A stretch of 64,000 nucleotides of DNA. It comes from Laetmonice hystrix. Its lineage: Eukaryota. The notes under the pieces were generated by a model. It saw only the letters and a program-made list of their open reading frames with translations. It made no database searches and had not been told where the DNA came from. Below, piece after piece: positions 35,780 to 48,842 of the stretch; position 1 is the first letter of the stretch; each line of letters opens with the position of its first letter. A program made the position numbers and the translations under genes. The stretch lies in assembly GCA_965235115.1 (NCBI GenBank), contig OZ249448.1:7626001-7690000 (forward strand), in the 5' to 3' direction.

Positions 35780-38767
35780 ACCATGCCACCACGGACGAAG
35801 CACTGGAGGACGGGTGGGAGTCGTTATTGACTTGACATGAGACCTACTATTACTGCATGTTCCCTAATGCTTTGTCAACGCTAAATATACCGGCTGAACT
35901 AACTAATGGCCAGTTCCTTTCAATGTGGGCCGCAACTCTCCATTTGTGAACCTAATGTTTTCTCCCCCCATTGACAATAAATCTTTATTATTGACTTGCA
36001 TAACATATGCACAGAACCTCTGTCCACGTAGGTCCCGACTTCCGATCACTAAATGGGCCTCCAAATCACCCAAATTAGCTAATGCTCCCTGGCCCTGGGC
36101 TCTCGGACTTGCGTAAATGCAGGCCCATAGGGCCACTCCCATGAGGCCATTCTTGAAAATGGCCAGTAATCACGGAGAAAGGCAATAGAACAATTACATT
36201 TCTTACCTAAAAATGAAAACTCACAGCCCAACTTAATGCAGACCTCGGCGGCAATAACGAATAATTGTCATTATCATGCTGGTTTTCTCTGCTTGTAATT
36301 GCGTTTTACATTTCTTGTCGGCCGATCATGTATTTCCCTCATTTGTGTCCTTCCCGCCTTGTTCATGGCAAATGCGATCTCCGCATTTCTTTCTCTCTGT
36401 TTTCAGAATGTTTCCAAGCGGTTAATTTGGATGGAAATTTTGCATGCGTTGTCACTTGGGTGGGCGTTATGAAATGTATAGTTCGGATAATCTGGGCACA
36501 TTCACTTGGTGCAGGGTGGTCAAAGTGGACCTAATGTGACTCGGCCAAAGGAGAACTGAATGAGCTTTGCCCCCACGCCAGCAGCAAATTCCCACTAGGT
36601 AGGTAATGAATCCCAAATGGATGAAACTTTCCACCATTCATCTCGGTAAATACGGCCCGAATGTCTGCGCAACATGCCATTACCATCATGGCAAACCACA
36701 TTCAGCGGGCAATTCTAGCAGATTGTGCATGTCAAAGAAACATATTAATTCTAATCAATGGGTTAGGCACTGGCCTGTGTCACTTAATTCATCAGGTAGA
36801 CTTCACTGAAATATTAATGGGAATTACACCAGCAGGTAAAAACATGGCCGGCAGGCAGCCACATCAAAGACCGCCAAAATTACACCTCTATGTGCGTGTC
36901 TTTAACTTATCAATACTATCTGATACTGTAGACTCCTATACGTCACTCAGTGTTATACACTACACACGTACAACCTCACCAACAAACTCTATTACTTGGA
37001 AATCATCTCGACATACAATCTCTAAGTTTCCAAATACAATCTCTAAGTTTCCAAACACAGATCATTTTCACTGCTGCACTTTAAGTTCGACAAGGCAGAT
37101 GTTTGAAAATATATAATTTTAGGTAACAGTCAAATTTCATGACGACAATGGAATACGTTTTACAGGGTTCCCACAGGTTGGCTATATGGAAATTTTATGA
37201 CTTCTCCATGACTTTTCCATACCAAAACTCCCAAATTTCATGACCAATTCCAGATAAAATTAACAAAATAGATTAAAATCCCATAATTGTCCCAGATAAA
37301 GTACGTCGTGGAACTCTACAATTTAGACCTTAAATGCAGAAACTGAAATGTGGTTCAAAAGAAATTTCAAATTCGATGACTTTTCCATTTTCCATGAATT
37401 TTCCAGGCCTGGGAAACCACATTTCATTTTCCATGACTACTGCCCACACATGCTCACTAGGGCCCTCAATCTCATTTGACAATACCATATTACAGTTTTT
37501 CTTTACATATTGCTATTAAATAAGGCATGACAGGAATGCCACAGTCTAAAAGCCAGGCAAGGTAAATGTTGTGGCTCTATCGAGATATTTGATTTCTGGT
37601 TCTTGGGGGGGGGGGGGGTTGAGGCTCATAACAGGTTATCATCCTTCAATGTGCATAACTTGCCCCCTTTACATCACATCATCGCTGTGGCCCCACCTGC
37701 CCCCCCCACCCCCAGTCCCCCCCTCCCCCCAACCACCAGCCCCCTCCCACCCCACCCCCAACCACCAGTATCCCCCCCACCCCAACCACCAGCCCCCTCC
37801 CACCCACCCCCAACCACCAGTATCCCCCACCCCCACCCCAACCCCCATCCACCACCACGTGTCTAACAACGTGTCCTCTCTGGCTGCAGCAGTCATTTAC
37901 CCAGGTTACTGACCATTTTCCGGAGTAGATTAGCAAAGCTCGGAGCCGGTTGTGGAGGCTCTCTCAGCGTCCTGCCGTAGTAAACTCGCCGGTGGTGAGA
38001 GACTGGAGGCGTACTACACTCCATCCTGAACCATCTATCCTATCGACTTCATGAGGTTTTTCTCTCACCAGTCTGTTTTCTCTGCTCCCTCCCGGTATGA
38101 CACAGAACCCAGGTGATTAGATACCCAGAGTAATGAGCTCGGCACCAGGTAGGTTCAACACGCCGACGTAGTTAGACTGACCGTCCGTGTCTGTGACGTA
38201 CGTCTGTACCCGTCCAGCCTACACTCACACGGAGCCAGCAGTCGGCCACTAGTGACAGTGTAACGAATTAATGACCGGTTGACACAGCTCTGAAGTTCGT
38301 CTAGCTCTGGGCCGTACCATTTTACGTCTACAGGGGGGCCTGAGGACGCAATCCATCAACTGTCCTCATGTTGGGGGCCATCCTCACCTAATTACAACGG
38401 CCCAAATGAGGGAATGGGCCGGCTGACATGCTCATAAAATTCCGGCCCTTTTGAATACGGAATATTATTTAAGTCTACCAAGACAAGGTGGAACCCCATA
38501 AGTCTGGAGTTGTGCAGTAAGTGTCCGATTTTATATCAATAGTACCATGCCGGGCACTTGTACTGATGTCAGTGCTATCACTATCATCACATATCCTTCA
38601 CAACTTTCATCGTACCGCTGGCTGAAACGCTGGGCCACTGACTGCCGTCCGAGTTTTAATGACCACCTCTAACCACTCTATGCTCTAACCAAGTTTACTA
38701 CTGACATCTACTAATTACGGTGATATATATGTTCTTACTGCGCATCGAGTACCTTCGCTACAAATTA

Positions 38768-39585
38768 ATACGTTTATGGCCGACCCATATCTCTATACCC
38801 TCAATGTCTACCACTTGGATACGTTCATGGCCGACCCATATCTCTATACATTGTACCCTCAATGTCTACCACTTGGATACGTTCATGGCCCACCCATATC
38901 TCTATACCCTCAATGTCTACCACTTGGATACGTTCATGGCCGACCCATATCTCTATACATTGTACCCTCAATGTCTACCACTTGGATACGTTCATGGCCG
39001 ACCCATATCTCTATACATTGTACCCTCAATGTCTACCACTTGGATACGTTCATGGCCGACCCATATCTCTATACCCTCAATGTCTACCACTTGGATACGT
39101 TCATGGCCGACCCATATCTCTATACCCTCACTGTCTACCACTTGGATACGTTCATGGCCCACCCATATCTCTATACCCTCACTGTCTACCACTTGGATAC
39201 GTTCATGGCCCACCCATATCTCTATACCCTCACTGTCTACCACTTGGATACGTTCATGGCCGACCCATATCTCTATACATTGTACCCTCAATGTCTACCA
39301 CTTGGATACGTTCATGGCCGACCCATATCTCTATACATTGTACCCTCAATGTCTACCACTTGGATACGTTCATGGCCGACCCATATCTCTATACATTGTA
39401 CCCTCAATGTCTACCACTTGGATACGTTCATGGCCCACCCATATCTCTATACCCTCACTGTCTACCACTTGGATACGTTCATGGCCGACCCATATCTCTA
39501 TACATTGTACCCTCAATGTCTACCACTTGGATACGTTCATGGCCGACCCATATCTCTATACCCTCAATGTCTACCACTTGGATAC
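38768..39585. repeat. Minisatellite with 51-bp and 58-bp unit variants, about 15 copies
   Basis: Unit atggccgacccatatctctat(acattgt)accctcaatgtctaccacttggatacgttc. Confidence 0.95.
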
Positions 39586-40769
39586 CTGGCTACTTTAAAG
39601 GTTTACTTTCCAGGTTTGTAGACCACTTACTAACTACCCGAACCTCGGCGAATTCCCATGAATCCTCGATCGTCGCCTTATAATCAATGACTACCTACCA
39701 ACACATCATTGGTCAAATAGCAGCAATGAAAATGACACGTGACCAAGACGTGTGATCAGTGCTCTATTCAGTCTATAATGAATAATTATGAGGACATGAA
39801 GACATATTAGTCAACCATTTATCTACGCGTCACTGACTCAGAGACGTCTAAATTTCCATTCAGCTAAAGTGGTGGGCAAAATGATTTATTCAACGAGGTA
39901 GAACCACTTTCATATGCTTACCATGAGCACCTGTAGGGTAGAATGACCTTCATATTTGACCTCGCAACCATTTCCCATGAACATACAACAGAGCCGCAGT
40001 AATTAACAATTCCTGAATTACTGGGTCAGTAAATCATGACATTTGACATCATTCGTAGATAACAATGGTATGGACACAACCAAAAACTGGCTAACGTGAC
40101 CGTGGTTTAATAGTACTGAGGACACCGTCTGACATAGACAATCATCACCAAGCTCTTGTTTCTTATACCAATATAACGTCAGTAACGTCTGAAAATAGCA
40201 CCAGCCTCGGATTTATGACTAGTCTACTAGTTATAGTGCGGGGGAGGGGGGCCTTCACATGTCAATGTCTGGTAATTTATTGAAATATCTTAATTTGCAA
40301 ATATAGTCATGTGGGATCACTTTTTGTTGGTGTGCCTTATGCCATAGGTTTTCTATGGCATGGCAGGAATGCGTCGCTTACTATGACCATTAAATATAGT
40401 CGCCCGCTACACGCCTTACATCATAATCATACATTTCTATGTTAACTTAAATCAACAATCCATAACAAATGCGGCCACATCGGTGCTGAACAATAAACCA
40501 ACTCTTGCCCAGTCTACTATGCAAATGACACTCCCACTATTAAGTGTTTCAAACTACAACCTCTGATCTGGCTGGCAGTGACGACATATGACCTCTGACC
40601 CGCCCCCTGCCCCCGCTGGCCAGTCAATGACAAGCTGCAGTGGTTAATAATTTCCTCCCGTCGCCCGCAGCCACTGACTGCCGTTTTTTGCCACCTCTCT
40701 GCCGCCCAGTATCATGTCTATAAACGCTCAGTCCCCGCAGCCATCTGAGTACATTTGTGGAAATTAGGA

Positions 40770-40783
40770 CTGCCCCCTAGCGG
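40770..40783 (-). promoter_or_regulatory. CTCF core motif CCGCTAGGGGGCAG
   Basis: Exact match to CCRSYAGRKGGCRS. Confidence 0.55.
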
Positions 40784-42110
40784 GCGCTGGTCAGTACTAG
40801 TCGTCCCGAGTAAACCAGCCCATCGAACTGGGCATGAATAAAGGTGGAGTTAGGACCAAAGCTAAGTTCAGAGTTGACAAACTTAGAACTGCCACTTCTC
40901 ATAATGAAGATGATACATTTCAATCTCCATCTGTTACGGCTGCATTTATCACTGCCTCACATTTCCTTACAAACTTTCTCGGGCAAAAAAAAAAAGAAAC
41001 AAATGTTGGAAAAAACACGAGACATTTGTTAGCGCTTTCATACCCTATGTTGACAACTGATCCACCATTATGTCGCTTGTATTTATATACGTGTACTATG
41101 TGTGCCTACGTGTCCCGAGAACAAAAAAAAACACCACAAAATGCAAATCAGTTTGGATGGGACAGATGTCTTCTGGCTGACCTAGTTAGGGCCGTGTGAC
41201 AGGCATCCGTAAACATCCTTCCCTTGGGGCGGTTCGACTTGGCCGCGGCGGCCGGTCCGTCAGCCATGTGACCACACTGTGTCACAGTGTCACAGGTCAC
41301 ATGGCCTGGCTATGTCAACCGCCGTCCACCCGGACTCCCCCTCCAGGACCTCCCATGAGGGCTGGTCTACGTCACCTTATAAACCACTTCTCTGGCCCTC
41401 AACTATAGGTATGAGATGTAAACTCACAGCCTCTGTCTCTCTATGAGGGTATTAATTAGGTAGCGGGGAAGTCCCTCCCCCACCCTAGCGTCCCCAAGGC
41501 GAGTCCCGACCACACGTGTCACCGTGTCTGTAACAGGCCTGCTACTAGTGACACAGGTGTCAACCACTGATCCGATTACCTTGGCCCTCATCCCTGACTT
41601 GTGACCAAATACGTGCAACATCCTTCGCTTCATGTGTCAGAAATATATCATCCAGGTGGCGCTGTTAATGTGGCAAATTGGTCCTAATTGGGTCTGATAT
41701 TGTCTGACCTCTAACCTCTGTATTCCGGGAGGGGTGGGGAGTGGGGGTTGTCCCGTTTAGTGATGTCCTCTGCGAGTGTACCACATTGTGGATGGTTAGG
41801 CGAACCAGACAGTCTTGGTGTCCCCTTGTTGAGTGTGACCCTCCCACCCAACCAAACACCCGTTCTCCTCCTGTCTCCTCCATAACTGACCATACTCTAT
41901 CACTTTTCCCTAATTCTCGCCTATAGGATTCCCTGACTACTCAATATCTCACCCCTACTGTCAAGTATTACGTAGTCCCTGCACAACTCACAGACAGAGG
42001 CGGGAGGGGCAACCACATCGAGTGGTCAGTGGCTGGTCAGTCAGCTGGTGACCGGCTGGCCGACACGGACCATCTGGGTATGTGTCCACGGTACTCGTGT
42101 TCAGTCTGCA

Positions 42111-42278
42111 GGTCTGACATGCGTGGTCAATGCCCCGTCGGGAGGAGTGTGGTAATCATAACGTCCTCAATGAGCGACCTTAGAGACCGCCAGTGGTCTG
42201 ACATGCGTGGTCAATGCCCCGTCGGGAGGAGTGTGGTAATCATAACGTCCTCAATGAGCGACCTTAGAGACCGCCAGT
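42111..42278. repeat. 84-bp tandem duplication
   Basis: ggtctgacatgcgtggtcaatg...gagaccgccagt occurs at 42111 and 42195. Confidence 0.9.
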
Positions 42279-43747
42279 CGATCTCACAATAACAAACAAC
42301 CTTTCAATGATCACTCGTAATAAGTCGACGATCTTACTGGTTTCTCTGGAGAAAACATTTTGATTATATATCCACTGATAAGTTCATGTTTAATTCATAC
42401 CAGAAATGTTTCGGAATACAGCAGGAGCTACATATATGAATACAATACGTATATGGGAGCACTCATATTATTTGAACCTGTTTACCCAGTCGTCAACATG
42501 CTGAGTTGTTGTCATGACCTCACCGAATCTAGTATCATATACTCGTACATATAAACCACATATAAACACACCCATGTTATATAGAATCTGTTGACTGTGG
42601 CGGTGACATGCTGTGTGGGTTATTTTTACCGCTACAGCCCCCAGCTGTGTGAGGTAACATATTCTGCCGTGTTGCCAATCGACCCTGGCCGTTTGGCCCC
42701 GGCCCACCCAGCCGACAGCCACGGGCCAGTTGGCAGCTACTGACCACTACAAACAACTCCGTGTAACAGTAACTCAAACACAGCTTCCACCGGCCGCCCA
42801 TCAGTGAGGTCACGTCTGGCATGGGTCAGTGGGACGCTTACGTCTCCACTCCCAGGCCGTGGGTGGATGCTCATTCTGGTTGTCACCGGCCTACATATTT
42901 GTATACATCAACTTGTATAGTAGACGTCATCTGACATGAAGGGTAGCTTGGCAATGGTCACTACGGTCACATGTCAGCCGGTCACCCGTAGGGCGTGTGG
43001 GTCAGAGGTCACTGGACAGATGGCATTGTGAGGTCATAGGTCATGATCCCGACATAACTGGAGGTTGGTGGATGTGACCTCATAAACTCGAGACCTGTCT
43101 GTCACAGACGGTGGTCTGTCTCGGTTTCCATGATCACCCTCGCCCCGCCCCCAAATTTCGCTCCTACAGTACAAGTGAAATTTGAAAGAAAAACGTTTCC
43201 CCCGGGGTCTCGACATATCATCAGGGAGGTGCTCGGCTGGCCCCGACCGGTGACAATGTCAGGTTTCCTGGAAATGTACCGGGTTCCAGTAACCTTCATT
43301 GTGTTGTCAGACTGTTGTCATACGGCCTGCATTTCCTCCTCCCAGTCGTCGTCCCCCGTCTCTCACACGACATGAAAACTAAACAGACATCACATGACAA
43401 GGATGTCACGTGTGGCATTCACTTGATGTCCTCTAATCAAAGTTTCCGACCCTACACGTTACGGGCAAGGTTGTGGGAAAGAACCCTAGCAACACATCAG
43501 TCTCACCAACGTCTCACCATGGGAGGGTGTTTTTTGTTGGGGGGGGGGGGGTATAATATTGACGGATGTCATGTACCGGCGTATAGACAACCCTATCGTC
43601 ACGCACATCAAAGAGAAATGTCCTTTGACGTTTGTGTCTGCGGACAGGTGAGAACAGATGTAGATTGTTCAATCTGGGTTTTACACTGGGCCCAGGTCGA
43701 CTGTCACTGGGCCCAGGTCGACTGTATACAGTATGTGTGCATTCTCC

Positions 43748-44348
43748 ACCCTTTCCCTACACTCACCCCCTACTCCTCCTATCCCCTACACTCACCCTCT
43801 ACCCCTGCTATCCCCCACACTCACCCCCTACCCCTGCTATCTCCTACACTCACCCCTACCCCTGCCATCCCCTACACTCACCCCCTACCCCTGCTATCTC
43901 CTACACTCACCCCCTACCCCTGCCATCCCCTACACTCACCCCCTACCCCTGCTATCCCCTACACTCACCCCTTACCCCTGCTATCTCCTACACTCACCCC
44001 CTACCCCTGCCATACCCCACACTCACCCCCTACCCCTGCCATCCCCTACACTCACCCCCTACCCCTGCCATCCCCTACACTCACCCCTACCCCTGCCATC
44101 CCCTACACTCACCCCTACCCCTGCCATCCCCTACACTCACCCCTACCCCTGCTATCTCCTACACTCACCCCTACCCCTGCCATCCCCTACACTCACCCCT
44201 ACCCCTGCCATCTCCTACACTCACCCCCTACCCCTGCTATCCCCTACACTCACCCCTACCCCTGCCATCCCCTACACTCACCCCTACCCCTGCCATCCCC
44301 TACACTCACCCCTACCCCTCCTATCCCCTACTCACCCCCTACCCCTCC
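43748..44348. repeat. C-rich minisatellite, 29-30-bp unit, about 20 copies
   Basis: Unit cccctacccctgccatcccctacactcac. Confidence 0.9.
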
Positions 44349-44832
44349 TATCATCCAGCACGCTGGGCGGCAGCAGCCAACACAAACACAACCCATTGAG
44401 AGAAACCTGCCTTGTTTTCTGTATGCTAAATCCACTTGTCCTCTGTCCTCCTATCCCCCCTAAGCCCCCTCTCAGCCGGCCAATCTCCCCGACCCCCTGC
44501 CCCCCTATACCGGCCCCCTTGGTCGCCCCCCCTCAACCATATCCCGTTCACCTCACACCGATGTCCATGTTGACTCGCCAGCTTTCAAGTCACTGCGCTG
44601 TTTGGCAGTGCTGACGTACGAACAAAGGTTGTCAGCGGGCAGTGTTTGAGCTTGTCACCTTGACGAGACCCTTCTCAGGGTAGGTAGGTCTTGATAATCC
44701 ATCTACCCCCGCCCTCTCATGGATCCCACTAACCCCCATGGAGATCCTAAACCCCAGCCCTACCACCCTGCCAACCACCCACATTTTGCCGTAACTTCAT
44801 TGACTGCATGGTCATAACGTGTACTCGGTCCA

Positions 44833-44846
44833 CCGCCAGAGGGCAG
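44833..44846 (+). promoter_or_regulatory. CTCF core motif CCGCCAGAGGGCAG
   Basis: Exact match to CCRSYAGRKGGCRS. Confidence 0.55.
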
Positions 44847-45011
44847 TGTGAGTGAGTTCGGTGGGTCAGGTCCACTGAGACACTCACCTATAATACCTGT
44901 CGTCAGGAGGCCGCTGCAGGTTAGCCTTACTCGCTACCACATTTTAAACCGTTGATTACCAAAGCCCCCCCCCCCCCTTCCTCCTGGTGACTAAAGCCAT
45001 CTGGCCAGCCC

Positions 45012-46201
45012 ATCTCTCTCCACTGGGACTCTGACAACCAGCAGAGAATCTCTCCACTGGCACTCTGACAACCAGCAGAGATCTCTCTCCACTGGGACTC
45101 TGACAACCAGCAGAGATCTCTCCACTGGGACTATGACAACCAGCAGAGATCTCTCTCCACTGGCACTCTGACAACCAGCAGAGATCTCTCTCCACTGGCA
45201 CTCTGACAACCAGCAGAGATCTCTCTCCACTGGGACTCTGACAACCAGCAGAGATCTCTCCACTGGGACTATGACAACCAGCAGAGATCTCTCTCCACGG
45301 GCACTCTGACAACCAGCAGAGATCTCTCCACTGGGACTCTCTGACAACCAGCAGAGATCTCTCCACTGGGACTCTCTGACAACCAGCAGAGATCTCTCTC
45401 CACTGGCACTCTGACAACCAGCAGAGATCTCTCTCCACTGGCACTCTGACAACCAGCAGAGATCTCTCTCCACGGGCACTCTGACAACCAGCAGAGATCT
45501 CTCCACTGGGACTCTGACAACCAGCAGAGATCTCTCTCCACTGGGACTCTCTGACAACCAGCAGAGATCTCTCCACTGGGACTCTCTGACAACCAGCAGA
45601 GATCTCTCTCCACTGGCACTCTGACAACCAGCAGAGATCTCTCTCCACTGGGACTCTGACAACCAGCAGACATCTCTCTCCACTGGCACTCTGACAACCA
45701 GCAGAGATCTCTCTCCACTGGGACTCTCTGACAACCAGCAGAGATCTCTCCACTGGGACTCTCTGACAACCAGCAGAGATCTCTCTCCACTGGGACTCTC
45801 TGACAACCAGCAGAGATCTCTCCACTGGGACTATGACAACCAGCAGAGATCTCTCTCCACTGGCACTCTGACAACCAGCAGAGATCTCTCTCCACGGGCA
45901 CTCTGACAACCAGCAGACATCTCTCCACTGGGACTCTGACAACCAGCAGAGATCTCTCCACTGGGACTCTCTGACAACCAGCAGAGATCTCTCTCCACTG
46001 GCACTCTGACAACCAGCAGAGATCTCTCTCCACTGGCACTCTGACAACCAGCAGAGATCTCTCCACTGGGACTATGACAACCAGCAGAGATCTCTCTCCA
46101 CTGGCACTCTGACAACCAGGAGAGATCTCTCTTCACTGGGACTCTCTGACAACCAGCAGAGATCTCTCTCCACTGGGACTCTCTGACAACCAGCAGAGAT
46201 C
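45012..46201. repeat. Minisatellite, 33-37-bp unit with TC slippage variants, about 34 copies
   Basis: Unit gatctctctccactgggactctgacaaccagcaga. Confidence 0.95.
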
Positions 46202-47309
46202 AGTCGCCGACAGACACACAATGGGGATCCTCTCCGCTGACGCCACCACCACCGTTCAACAAACCCTATTCTCCAACACTACTCACGTCTCCGGCTTCAA
46301 ATCAAATAACATCAAAATCTTGTTGGAATCAAAATCATTATTTGCTCATTAAATAATATGCACACAGAACCAATTAAAAGCTCCAATTAAGTGAATTACA
46401 TCAGGCAAGTTTTCGCCGCGATTTGAATTGATTGCACTAGGTGAACGAAATCGATGCAATTCAACACCCGCCTCAGCCATCAACAAATACCGACCACAGA
46501 CAACCTGTCCACGACCATCTTTAGACAGTCCCCATCTTTGAATAGACCCGTGACTGGCCCAATCCATACTTCAAAACTCAAACAATTCTACATTTACACC
46601 CTCACACAGTTCGTAATAGAATGTCACATGTAAACAAAATGAATCATGAATTTAAATATTTAACAATATGGCGTGGAATTAGTGGCAAACAAAAATGAGA
46701 AAGCCATATTAAGTGTAAATCCTACAATAATAATCGGGTTGGTTGAACCGACAAAACCTGATGTGGAACTCTGAAGGCTCATTAGGTTTAAATGTATCTG
46801 TGTGAACACTTCTCATAATTACACTCCCTACAGACGACGCCAAAACACGCCGCGTTTTATCTCACACGATTATTTTTGCCCCGTTTCTTCCCCCATTATG
46901 GACGATGTGATTACTCTCCATGCTGAGATGGAAATTAGTACTTTTCCAAATCAGAGTTTGCCATTATATTATTCATCTCCATCAGGAGGGCTGTTGGAGA
47001 GTAAAAATACAGACTGCTGGCGCGCCGAGGATTGGCACAGCTAAAGCCCTAATGACAAAACAAACCTCGTCTTCATTTAAAAGAAAAGATTGAATTGCGT
47101 TCGGAGATAAAACAGAAGTACGGTAGTTTCTCATTATGTGACTATGACACACAGCTCCACCTCACATTCTCCACCGACTGGCCGCAATTGTTTTTATCTA
47201 TCAACTCCATGGCTGCGTACATCTCCCGCAGACATAGCACGCCCGCTGCTGTCCCGACTTTGACAGCGGCTCTCAATAAGATTTTTCTTTGTCTTCTTAT
47301 TTCCGGATT

Positions 47310-47570
47310 ATAATAACGTTTGATGTATATCAGATTGAGGTCTGAGCCATAACTGTACTTAACTTAGACAAACTTGTCTGATGGCTGGAAACCTCGATTA
47401 TAATAACGTTTGATGTCTATCAGATTGAGGTCTGAGCTATAACTGTAAAACTTGTCTGATGGCTGGAAACCTCGATTATAATAACGTTTGATGTATATCA
47501 GATTGAGGTCTGAGCCATAACTGTACTTAACTTAGACAAACTTGTCTGATGGCTGGAAAACTCGATTGGA
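47310..47570. repeat. Tandem repeat, 90/78-bp unit, about 3 copies
   Basis: taataacgtttgatgtatatcagattgagg... at 47311, 47401 and 47479. Confidence 0.9.
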
Positions 47571-48040
47571 ATAAGAACCCTTCCCTCGACTTTCTTACTT
47601 CATTCACAGACTCTCTAAAACTACTAAAACCGCCACACAGCCTTTATTAAAATCACGATCAGTTTCTTTGAAGTTCAAGGAGCAGTAAAACCCTATGCCG
47701 CCTGTCCTCGTGGGGTTGTTTAAAATCAACATCCCGCCATTCTGTCCACCTTTTAATAACCTGTCTGACTCTGATTGATGGCGCTATTTAAATTAGTATT
47801 TTGTTAAGAATATTTGGGACAAACCAGAGTCAATTTACATGAGAAGCCCTCCACACTGTCTGGTTCCTACTTGAGATGTGCGCCCCCCACCATCCTTCAC
47901 ACAGTCTATTTGTCCACTTCTCGTACAGCCGCTGGAAGCACTTCAACATTAAAAATCATTCCTATCTCTACTGATATTGCAACCATGATATTATTATTAT
48001 TGAAGACTCCATTCCGAAAGAAACGTCGCTTTGTTAACGA

Positions 48041-48358
48041 GACACAGCTCTACCTACAGACTAAGTGTCAATGACACAGCTCCACCTACAGACTAAGTGT
48101 CAATGACACAGCTCCACCTACAGACTAAGTGTCAATGACACAGCTCCACCTACAAACTAAGTGTCAATGACACAGCTCCACCTACAGACTAAGTGTCAAT
48201 GACAGCTCCACCTACAGACTAAGTGTCAATGACACAGCTCCACCTACAGACTAAGTGTCAATGACAGCTCCACCTACAGACTAAGTGTCAATGACACAGC
48301 TCCACCTACAGACGAAGTGTCAATGACACAGCTCCACCTACAGACTAAGTGTCAATGA
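48041..48358. repeat. Minisatellite, 32/30-bp unit, about 10 copies
   Basis: Unit gacacagctccacctacagactaagtgtcaat. Confidence 0.95.
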
Positions 48359-48576
48359 TCGAGCCCTCATGTGCCCCCCCCCCCACCACCACACCCACCC
48401 AACCTCCATTACTCGATGCCGACGACCATTTATAACAGACCCATTACCTGTCCGACCATGGCCCCCAGTTCACATACCGACCACAGGGCCGCTCAGGTCT
48501 GGGACCAGTGTCAGCACCGGTCGGACCATTAACATTCTTCCGAGTTGTCCTCATGGCACGCCTCACAACTAATGAC

Positions 48577-48842
48577 ACGCATGTAGGGGACCGTCTGATC
48601 CCATGTATTTCCTATACTCGACCTGGTGAACGCATGTAGGGGACCGTCTGATCCCATGTATTTCCTATACTCGACCTGGTGAACGCATGTAGGGGACCGT
48701 CTGATCCCATGTATTTCCTATACTCGACCTGGTGAACGCATGTAGGGGACCGTCTGATCCCATGTATTTCCTATACTCGACCTGGTGAACGCATGTAGGG
48801 GACCGTCTGATCCCATGTATTTCCTATACTCGACCTGGTGAA
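48577..48842. repeat. Minisatellite, 53-bp unit, 5 copies
   Basis: Unit acgcatgtaggggaccgtctgatcccatgtatttcctatactcgacctggtga. Confidence 0.95.

Noticed and set aside
38720-39683. ORFs of 273-292 aa
   Set aside because: Products of the 51/58-bp minisatellite.
43315-46136. Pro-rich and Cys/Trp-rich ORFs of 255-382 aa
   Set aside because: Products of two minisatellites.
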